64,000 nucleotides of DNA, from the IMG/VR virus record IMGVR_UViG_3300035208_004396, one strand, 5' to 3'. This document shows, piece after piece, positions 30,845-38,235 of this stretch. This DNA is from a virus. Its lineage: Duplodnaviria > Caudoviricetes. The translations under genes and the position numbers were made by a program. The notes beneath the pieces are model-generated. The model was given only the letters and a program-made list of their open reading frames with translations, did not search any database and was not told where the DNA came from. Position 1 is the first letter of the stretch. Each line of letters opens with the position of its first letter.

Positions 30845-31013
30845 CTTTTAGTTGAAATAAAATAGAGATTAAAAATCCTTGCCATAAACTTCCTAGATCT
30901 ATAAGGCAAAAGATAAAACGATACGTGAATGAATGTGTAATAAGCATAATCTAGTATATTCACATTATATTGTTTAATCCCCCCGTCAAGTTTTACTGGG
31001 TTCTTGACATTTT

Positions 31014-31088
31014 GGCCGAGTAACCGAATTTGGCATAGGTACTTGTTTCAAACACAAGATTTTGTGGGTTCGATTCCCGCCTTGGCCA
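31014..31088 (+). tRNA. tRNA-Leu(CAA), short variable loop
   Basis: CTTGT-TTCAAAC-ACAAG anticodon arm; 5-nt variable loop. Confidence 0.9.
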
Positions 31089-31092
31089 CTAT

Positions 31093-31164
31093 GCCGTTAT
31101 ATGTCAATGGTTAGACGAAAGGACTTTTAATCCTTGGATCCGAGTTCGAGTCTCGGTAACGGCA
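31093..31164 (+). tRNA. tRNA-Lys(TTT)
   Basis: Full cloverleaf. Confidence 0.95.
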
Positions 31165-31447
31165 CTAATTTTCAGGAAAAAAGATAAAAAACCTCGACTG
31201 GATGTAAGTAAAGAGGGGTTTGACCTTTTCAGATTTTAGACGTAAAATCGATAACAAAAGGTTCTTTTTATACTTAATATAATTTAAGATCTCGATTAAG
31301 TTGAAATAAAATAGAGATTACCACCTAAATTTTCTTAGAAGTTTAGGAAAGGCTGAGTGGTTGAGCACTGACCGAGTACCACTGAAATAATAAAAAATGC
31401 AGTTCGGTCATCATTTTATAGGATTGATAACTATTATGGATAAAACA

Positions 31448-31690
31448 ATGAATAAAAATGAATTTGATGAATTATTCAAGGTTCCTGCTAATATGGATTC
31501 AGATTCATATGAGGACTGGATAAGGAAAAAGTGCATCGATCTTCGAAACGGTATTGACTTTATGATTGAGAATATTGAATATTTGGAGGGTGATGCTGGC
31601 GAATTTCCGTCCGAAAGAGAATCTGTATACGATAAATGTTATTCTAGATATCAGGAGTTATTCGATAATTCAACCGAAAATGTAGATTGA
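31448..31690 (+). CDS. Small acidic hypothetical protein
   Basis: ORF within the tRNA region; start 31436 or 31448. Confidence 0.55.
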   Translation: MNKNEFDELFKVPANMDSDSYEDWIRKKCIDLRNGIDFMIENIEYLEGDAGEFPSERESVYDKCYSRYQELFDNSTENVD

Positions 31691-31692
31691 CT

Positions 31693-31902
31693 ATGAAATA
31701 CAATGGCATAGAACTAGTCGATGTAAGTCAGAAGGAATCTATTACAAATGATGATCCCATAGAAATGATCTGTTGGAATGATGGAGATATTCCAGTCAGG
31801 TGTATAGTTTATGCAATAGTTCCGGGAAGTAGATATCCTGTTATTACTGATTGTAATAGATGCATAGTATTTCAACATTGTGCATATAATAACGTTTTTT
31901 AA
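31693..31902 (+). CDS. Small hypothetical protein
   Basis: Follows the previous ORF; P.EM..W.D....HCA pattern. Confidence 0.55.
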   Translation: MKYNGIELVDVSQKESITNDDPIEMICWNDGDIPVRCIVYAIVPGSRYPVITDCNRCIVFQHCAYNNVF

Positions 31903-31970
31903 AGTTACAGGTAAAAAGAATCACTCCACTATAATATGTCGGTTTCTTGAGAAGGTTCTTCCGACATTTA

Positions 31971-32046
31971 GGCCAGGTAGCCGAATTTGGTATAGGCGTG
32001 GCGCCTAGGACGCCATTTTTTGAGGGTTCGAATCCCTTCTTGGCCA
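31971..32046 (+). tRNA. tRNA-Leu(TAG), short variable loop, C33
   Basis: TGGCG-CCTAGGA-CGCCA. Confidence 0.88.
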
Positions 32047-32080
32047 CTTTTAAGCTGGAATAGTTTGATAAATATAAAAA

Positions 32081-32164
32081 GGAGATGTGTGCGAGTTGGT
32101 TTATGCAGGTAATCCTGAAAATTACTGGTCTTATGGCCCGTAGGTTCGAATCCTACCATCTCCT
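32081..32164 (+). tRNA. tRNA-Ser(TGA), C33
   Basis: GTAAT-CCTGAAA-ATTAC; long variable arm. Confidence 0.9.
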
Positions 32165-32168
32165 CTAT

Positions 32169-32250
32169 GGAAGATTACGCTAAAGGTAAGCGGAAGCTTT
32201 GCTAAAGCTTTGAGGCAAAACTCTTATAGGTTCGAGTCCTATATCTTCCT
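32169..32250 (+). tRNA. tRNA-Ser(GCT)
   Basis: Full cloverleaf with long variable arm. Confidence 0.92.
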
Positions 32251-32253
32251 TAC

Positions 32254-32325
32254 TGCCTAGTCGTATAAAAGCAAGTATAATGGACTTTGAATCCATTGGA
32301 CGGGGAGCGTTACCCTGCTAGGCAA
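32254..32325 (+). tRNA. tRNA-Gln(TTG), variant T loop
   Basis: ATGGA-CTTTGAA-TCCAT; T loop AGCGTTA; U1-A72. Confidence 0.85.
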
Positions 32326-32343
32326 GATTTTTAAAAATAATAG

Positions 32344-32414
32344 TTGAGAAATAAGAATTTCTTTTCTATATTATGATCATTGGAAACGAGATTTCCAATC
32401 GCTTATTGAATATT
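32344..32414 (+). promoter_or_regulatory. Sigma70 promoter with boxB/boxA-like leader (copy 3)
   Basis: TTGAGA-17-TATATT, then ATGATCATTGGAAA-CGAGA-TTTCCAATCG and TTATTGAAT; near-duplicate of copy 1. Confidence 0.78.
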
Positions 32415-32415
32415 A

Positions 32416-32486
32416 CGGAATATGGTGTAATGGTAACACAATAGCTTTGCAAGTTATTTTCCCGAGTTCGAATCTCGGTATCTACA
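32416..32486 (+). tRNA. tRNA-Ala(TGC) with poorly paired acceptor stem (possible pseudo-tRNA)
   Basis: D, anticodon and T arms intact; acceptor CGGAATA/TATCTAC has 3 mismatches. Confidence 0.6.
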
Positions 32487-32490
32487 CTAT

Positions 32491-32572
32491 GCTAGCGATG
32501 CGGAATTGGTACCGCCCCTGACTGTAGATCAGGCGCCTTCGGGCTATGTGGGTTCGAATCCTTCCGCTAGCA
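32491..32572 (+). tRNA. tRNA-Tyr(GTA)
   Basis: Cloverleaf with GCC-TTCG-GGC variable arm. Confidence 0.92.
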
Positions 32573-32575
32573 CTA

Positions 32576-32641
32576 TGAGATTGAATTTGACGGTTCTATC
32601 TCAGAAATGGTTATTATTTTCGTCAAAAAATAATGACCGTT
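32576..32641 (+). ncRNA. Kissing-loop two-hairpin RNA, copy 2
   Basis: Loops TTGACG and CGTCAA are exact reverse complements; same GAA-ATGG junction as copy 1. Confidence 0.7.
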
Positions 32642-32654
32642 ATTATAGTAAAGT

Positions 32655-32727
32655 GACTTCTATAGTATAATTGGTATTACGTGCCACCGTTGCGATGGAG
32701 ATATGTGTTCGAACCACATTAGAAGTC
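32655..32727 (+). tRNA. tRNA-His-like body (G-1:C73) with aberrant anticodon arm
   Basis: 8-bp acceptor GACTTCTA/TAGAAGTC; anticodon region CCA-CCGTTGCGA-TGG has no GTG. Confidence 0.6.
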
Positions 32728-32858
32728 CTAATTTTATTATCTTTTTGGGCATGCTTAGCTGATAACAACATGAAAATCTATCTGATCAAATAATATCTGA
32801 ATAAGCATCGGCGAAAATATGCAACGGGTAGAATAATAAGTTATTTTTTAGGAGAAGC

Positions 32859-32929
32859 TTATGAAATGGCAGCTACCATTTAAAGACTATTAAAGTCTGC
32901 AAAGGTTCGAATTCTTTCTTGCACACTTA
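32859..32929 (+). ncRNA. Second 23S H43/H44-like RNA, with a tRNA T-arm in place of the H44 loop
   Basis: AGCT..GCAGCTACCATTTAAAGA..GC-[AAAGGTTCGAATTCTTT]-GCACAC. Confidence 0.6.
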
Positions 32930-33030
32930 TATAAAAATCCCATACTTAAATGGGCTATATTGATACAATTGGCAGTATAGATAGCGAGAGTTGGGACTTA
33001 GCTCTAAAATAAGAGGTACCAGATTTTTAT

Positions 33031-33103
33031 CGCGGGTGAGTGAAACGGTTTACACATTTGGTTCATACCCAAAAAATAGTCGGTTCGACCCCGACACCCG
33101 CTA
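33031..33103 (+). tRNA. tRNA-Met(CAT), initiator-like
   Basis: C1:U72 mismatch, CGCGGG 5' end; only two G-C pairs next to the anticodon loop. Confidence 0.88.
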
Positions 33104-33115
33104 TTTAAAGTTTAT

Positions 33116-33187
33116 TCCAATGTAGTTCAGAGGTAGAATAAGCGATTGTTAATCGTGAGGTCGGAGGTTCGAATCCTTCCATTGGAG
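33116..33187 (+). tRNA. tRNA-Asn(GTT)
   Basis: Full cloverleaf. Confidence 0.92.
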
Positions 33188-33195
33188 TTTTTTAT

Positions 33196-33291
33196 ACATC
33201 ATCATGCTGCAACGGGTCTTATAAGCCTGTACCCAACAACAAATATGCGCGGCTGGTCTTGGGGCACCGGGTTCGATTCCTGGATGATGTA
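33196..33291 (+). tRNA. D-armless tRNA-like RNA, anticodon TAT (Ile)
   Basis: Acceptor ACATCAT/ATGATGT, anticodon arm CGGGT-CTTATAA-GCCTG, T arm intact, 37-nt variable region. Confidence 0.75.
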
Positions 33292-33315
33292 CTAAGTTTA
33301 GTTATAATCCATTTT

Positions 33316-33388
33316 GACCCCTTGGCGAAATAAGGAACGCGACTGTCTGCAAAACAGTTATGATATGGTGCAATTCCATAAGAGGTCT
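33316..33388 (+). tRNA. tRNA-Cys(GCA)
   Basis: ACTGT-CTGCAAA-ACAGT; U73; variant T loop TGCAATT. Confidence 0.88.
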
Positions 33389-33408
33389 TTTTAATATATA
33401 ATCCATTA

Positions 33409-33482
33409 CGGTCTGTAGCTCAGTACAGTAGAGTACTGGTTTTGGGAACCAGATGTCGTGAGAGCGAAGCTCACCAGACCGA
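33409..33482 (+). tRNA. tRNA-Pro(TGG), variant T loop
   Basis: CTGGT-TTTGGGA-ACCAG; T loop AGCGAAG. Confidence 0.88.
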
Positions 33483-33562
33483 TAATAAATAGAGCTTCTA
33501 CTTTTAAGTTTTGAAGAGCACTTCGAAAAACTCTTTAGGTTGATTAACCTTTGAACGATCAC

Positions 33563-33605
33563 TGTTAGGAATGGTTTACCGGAGTTCGATTCTTCGACCT
33601 AGCAA
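33563..33605 (+). ncRNA. tRNA minihelix-like RNA (acceptor + D-loop-like linker + T arm)
   Basis: TGTTAGG/CCTAGCA, AATGGT linker, CGGAG-TTCGATT-CTTCG. Confidence 0.45.
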
Positions 33606-33840
33606 TATTAAGAATAAAAGCGCAAAATGTGATAAAATCAAGTTTATCATTTCCGATATGTTTAATGATTTCGGCGTTTTTATTTTTTTTAACTATATTA
33701 AGTCCCTTATATAGTGTCCAAGAACAACACTATATTAAAAGTCTGCCGAAAAAGCCTAATGATTATTACTTGGTAATCTAAGGCGATCTGATACACCACG
33801 AGGCTAGATTTAGAGGTATATACGGTGAGATCAGAATTAT

Positions 33841-33915
33841 ACTCGATTAGCTCAAGTTGGTCTAGAGCAGCTGCGTCAGGCAGCAGGGTCATTGGTTCAA
33901 ATCCAATATCGAGTA
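33841..33915 (+). tRNA. tRNA-like RNA with shortened anticodon loop centred on TCA
   Basis: Perfect acceptor, D and T arms; GCTGC-GTCAG-GCAGC. Confidence 0.7.
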
Positions 33916-33920
33916 CTTTT

Positions 33921-34000
33921 GCTCTCGTAGCCACATCGGTCTTCTAAACCGCTAAGTGTAAATGGAGCTGTAAATACAGGTTCGATCCCTGTCGAGAGTA
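33921..34000 (+). tRNA. D-armless tRNA-like RNA, anticodon TCT (Arg)
   Basis: Acceptor GCTCTCG/CGAGAGT, CGGT-CTTCTAA-ACCG, T arm intact, long variable region. Confidence 0.75.
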
Positions 34001-34048
34001 CTAAAAGATATTTATATTTCTTAAATTTAACAAAAACAAAGGAATCTA

Positions 34049-34504
34049 ATGAAAAAGTTAATCGTTTTGTGTTTCATCCTTGTTATTACGGCATGCAGTA
34101 ATAATTATTCTAATGGTGAACGAGTTGGTCTTGTAACTCAATTCTCAAAAACAGGTCTGATTTGGGATAGTTGGGAAGGACAGTTGAATATGACACAGAC
34201 TGGTATGAATAGTTCGGCTGAGTTCGATTTCAGTTTGGATAACGATATGCCAGAATTGCAAGATAAGCTTATCCCGATACTCGATTCAGCAGCTCATTAT
34301 GGTTGGAAAGTATCGTTAAGTTATACTGAAGTAACTGGATATAATTGGTTGAATAATAGAGGTTGTACAAATCATTTTATTAAAAATGTAGTTGTTTTGG
34401 ATAAGAATCCTATGCATAATGTATTTAATAAGGATACTTTGAATAAAAGTGATACCATTTATGTAGGACATCGTGATACCATTTATGTAGTAATAAAGAA
34501 GTGA
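34049..34504 (+). CDS. Phage lipoprotein
   Basis: Signal peptide with lipobox ITAC; YS.G.R.G....FS..G....WEG.L motif. Confidence 0.75.
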   Translation: MKKLIVLCFILVITACSNNYSNGERVGLVTQFSKTGLIWDSWEGQLNMTQTGMNSSAEFDFSLDNDMPELQDKLIPILDSAAHYGWKVSLSYTEVTGYNWLNNRGCTNHFIKNVVVLDKNPMHNVFNKDTLNKSDTIYVGHRDTIYVVIKK

Positions 34505-34510
34505 GTTTTA

Positions 34511-34581
34511 GCCCTTATAGTTCAATGGTAAAACACCAGATCTGTAATCTGGCTTTCTTGGTTCGAGTCCAGGTTTGGGCG
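34511..34581 (+). tRNA. tRNA-Thr(TGT), C33, two U-U acceptor mismatches
   Basis: CCAGA-TCTGTAA-TCTGG. Confidence 0.75.
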
Positions 34582-34595
34582 TAAATAGGATAATT

Positions 34596-34718
34596 ATGAT
34601 ATATTTCGTATTTGCTTGTATAATTATTATGATTTTAGAATTAGTATATTTGATTAAATATCGTAGAGATTATGAGAACTGTTTGATCAAATTAGGTAGA
34701 AGAAATCGTAAAAAATGA
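34596..34718 (+). CDS. Small single-pass membrane protein (40 aa)
   Basis: MIYFVFACIIIMILELVYLIKYRR...; AGGA RBS. Confidence 0.5.
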   Translation: MIYFVFACIIIMILELVYLIKYRRDYENCLIKLGRRNRKK

Positions 34719-34743
34719 TTATATTTGACATTGGAGAATAAAT

Positions 34744-34896
34744 ATGATTGTTGCTTTAATAATTGTTTTTGCTTTGTCTTTGATTTTGAACTTCAAATTG
34801 ACCGGTGATGTTGCCGATTTGGAAGAAAATATTGTTATAAATAAAAATCAAATTGAAAAGTTAAAGAAGAAACTTCAAAAAGGAGAAAAAAGATGA
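34744..34896 (+). CDS. Small single-pass membrane protein with coiled tail (50 aa)
   Basis: MIVALIIVFALSLILNFK...; GGAG RBS; ATGA overlap with next gene. Confidence 0.6.
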   Translation: MIVALIIVFALSLILNFKLTGDVADLEENIVINKNQIEKLKKKLQKGEKR

Positions 34897-35093
34897 TTCT
34901 TAATATCATTTTAGGCATTATTATTATTTGTACAATTCTGCTAGCCATCCAGTTTAAGCATGATGGTAATATGATTAAGGCCGACAGAGATTTTATCCAA
35001 GCGAGTTTGGATACATATCGTGTTTCTGGTGATATGGCAAAGGTGAAGTCTGTTAAAACTACTGTTAAAAAGTCTAAAAAGAAGGCAAAGTAA
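34893..35093 (+). CDS. Small single-pass membrane protein with basic tail
   Basis: N-terminal hydrophobic helix; AGGAG RBS. Confidence 0.65.
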   Translation: MILNIILGIIIICTILLAIQFKHDGNMIKADRDFIQASLDTYRVSGDMAKVKSVKTTVKKSKKKAK

Positions 35094-35263
35094 TGAATTT
35101 TCCCGAATATTTCAAGTTAGTTTCATTAGAAGCTGAAAAGATTAATCCGGATATCAAATTATCCGAAAGGGATATTCGGGAATGTTTTAATTTGAATATG
35201 TCTGTAGCTAAAGCCGCTGTTAAATGTTTATATAATATCAATTTTTCTGAATGTTTTCATTAA
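35093..35263 (+). CDS. Small hypothetical protein (56 aa)
   Basis: TAATG coupling to the upstream stop. Confidence 0.5.
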   Translation: MNFPEYFKLVSLEAEKINPDIKLSERDIRECFNLNMSVAKAAVKCLYNINFSECFH

Positions 35264-35359
35264 TCTGGTTGTTATTTGAAAATTAATCATTTTTTCGCTA
35301 TAGTAATTACGTAAAAAGAATTAATAACTAACAATTTCATCTAAAATTAGAGAAAAATA

Positions 35360-35968
35360 ATGGAAATAAATCTAATAAGTGGAAGCGAAGGTTTTGATAA
35401 TATACATGGTACAGTTTTCGCTATTAAAGAAGCTGCATGTATTACTATGGGTCTTCATGCTAATCCTGAACATGTATTAATGATGACTAATGAAGATATT
35501 TTCGATTATCTAAAAGATTTATTTATAGCCGAACACTCCTTATCCAAGATACCAGTAATTCGAATTATCGATAAAATGGATAAAAATGTAAGGAATCAGA
35601 TATTTAGACACACTAAAGCTAGTCCTCATTTTTATGCTCAATCTAGTAGACCAGATTGGAATAAAGGCAAAGCTAGAGATCAGAACGAATTCACTAATAA
35701 TGTCATGGATTTTAATGTTGAAGCCTTTTTAGCTATGGCTAAACAAAGATTATGTTATAAAACCGAGAAAAATACTCGTATTTGGATGGAAAGTGTTGTA
35801 GATTATCTAAAAAAATCAGATAATCCAATATTTAATGCTATTGCATTTTGTTCTGTGCCACAATGTATTTATCGTTATGGTTGTCCAGAACTTAAAAGCT
35901 GTGGTTTCTTTGATAAGAAATACTCAACTAATAAGATCGAAACTAGATATTCTGAATATCATAATTAG
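35360..35968 (+). CDS. thyX: ThyX-like FAD-dependent thymidylate synthase family protein
   Basis: AEHS, Q..RH......QSSR, N......RLC, P.C.YR..CPE...CG. Confidence 0.7.
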   Translation: MEINLISGSEGFDNIHGTVFAIKEAACITMGLHANPEHVLMMTNEDIFDYLKDLFIAEHSLSKIPVIRIIDKMDKNVRNQIFRHTKASPHFYAQSSRPDWNKGKARDQNEFTNNVMDFNVEAFLAMAKQRLCYKTEKNTRIWMESVVDYLKKSDNPIFNAIAFCSVPQCIYRYGCPELKSCGFFDKKYSTNKIETRYSEYHN

Positions 35969-38235
35969 ATAAAATCAAATCTGAATCCGGCTCTATCTTG
36001 AGCTGATTCGTTGTTTGAACTCAAAGTCTGAACTATATCATATGTTAAATAAGAACCAGATATAAATTGATAATCTATTCCACTTTCACTCTCGAAATCT
36101 GCTAAAGCTGAGCCATATATACTCAAATTTTGTGTAGTATCGGTCATAGTATAAGGCAAAGAACTAGAAATATTAGTAGCTTGATCTAATATAAAACTAG
36201 AGAATTTCTCGAATTCTATTTGATGTTCCGGATTATAAGGTATAACTAACTCAGCAGAATGATAATACATTGGTTCGTTTATTCCATTATTAACATATAG
36301 ATAATCTTTATCAAAACGATGATAGAAATCTACCGGCATAGTTAAATTACCATAATCTACACGTTCATGAGCTAAATCCGGATAAACAAAACCAGACCCA
36401 CCAGATATGGCATTATCGATTATTCCATCATCCAGTCTATAAACATCTTCATTTAATAATGTGGGTACAATAGATGCTTTTAATGATAGAGTATATGTGT
36501 CATAAGATAGGTTATAATCATTTATAATTTCATCTGGTATAGTCATATTGACATCTATATTTACGCCATTAAAACCAATATCGACACCGTTATTTTCAGC
36601 TCCTATGATCAAATCTAGAGAATCCCCGTTTATTTCAACAAATAGTAGATAATTATGAGAATTATTTACTATATTATAAACATAAGGTAAACTAGTTTCT
36701 TCATCTATACCAATCTTGAATGTCGAAGATACCTGAGTTACTCCCTGTATTTGGAATAGACTGGTTATCTTGAATGAAAAACGAGTTATATCATCAAGGA
36801 AATCAGTATCTATATTATCTGCGAATTTAATCTCTATTTTATTATATAAACCAGCGAATAATACGAAATCTTCTTTTTTGCTATTATAACCCCGAGTTAT
36901 TTCTAAATCTGCTGAGTTATCAAGGAATGTATAAACTCCAGTGATTTTATAACCTGTGTTCAGGTACAATATAACATCATCAAAACGATTCGATTTAACA
37001 GTTATTTTTTTAGAATCTAAGCTGGAAACTGGATCTATTTCGAAGGAATATACTCTTTTTACTATCAAACCTTGTTCTATGTTAGCTACTATGTTTTGAT
37101 CGAGATTTGTATCTATTTCTTGATTATTTACTATAGCAGTGCCATCCAATTTCAATTCTGACTTATTTTCGGAATATATCGCTTCACTAGAATCCGTTTG
37201 TTCGACTAATATTGGTGTTTCTTGTTCTGAATAAGATCTTACGGCATAAATATTGGTAATTTTAGTAGGTTTAATCTCAGTATCATCAATATAAAATGTC
37301 TCATTATCTAAACCAATGTAATTTGCTATAATATCAAATGTCAAATTAGTAGAATTTTCGACATTACTCAAGTTTATTTCCGGATATAATTTTGAATAAA
37401 CTGTATATGTATCGGAATAATAATACTGATAATTGTCATCATAATCTACTCTGAAATTAGGAATTCCAGCGGTGTCTAGACTAGATAATTCGAACGATAA
37501 TGGATTCTGTTCGAATTTTTCTGAAATTTCACTAATATCATCTATATTAGTTACTTCGAACCGAGACGTATAATCTTTTGAGCTATGATTAACAGTCTTA
37601 TTTGCTACTTCGAAATATGATACATTACTCCAGGTTAAATGTTTTTGCTGCATAACATAGCAACAATATGAATAAGGATTCATTATTTCAGGAGCAACTA
37701 CTTGATAAGTAGCTTGATTATTACTCGAATAATGTAAAGTTAAACTAGTAAAAATGTCAGGTTTAACCGCTTCATTGGGTATACAATTCAAAATATATGT
37801 AGAATTATCAGTTTTGAATGTTAAAAGCAAATTTAATTTAACATCGTTAAATAGATTGAATTTGCTTTCTTCGGAGAATTGTAGATATACCCTAGTATCT
37901 TTTTAAAAAGAGATGGCTTTTTGTTTATGTAAAGCAACAGTATTAGCAAAATCTGCTAACTTAACGAATTTAATGTCATCCTCATCGATTCCCAAATAGA
38001 AATCGAAGGATAGTTTCCGATCTATATAACTGATGCTAGTCTGGTCTATTATTCCAAATGTATCCATACTGCTATCGGGATAAGATTGTACAGCCAAATC
38101 ACCGTCTCTATCAGTTAAATTGAAACCTACTCCTACATTTCTCACACTTTCATAATAATCAATATTATCAATAGAAACTTTATAATGATCTTCTAATTTG
38201 GTAACATTAACATTATGTTCATCTACAATACTCAT
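35965..38235 (-). CDS. Large acidic structural-type protein, interrupted by one in-frame TAA at 37903-37905
   Basis: ORFs 37903..38235 and 35965..37830 share a frame and the interval between them has no other stop. Confidence 0.6.

Noticed and set aside
30850-31320. 22-nt direct repeats as CRISPR repeats
   Set aside because: Only two copies ~450 nt apart with tRNAs between them
33841-33915. Selenocysteine tRNA
   Set aside because: 7-bp acceptor and short variable loop; lacks tRNA-Sec architecture
30754-33934. Minus-strand ORFs at 30754, 31844, 31968, 33302 and 33707
   Set aside because: Antisense to tRNAs and structured RNAs; shadow ORFs
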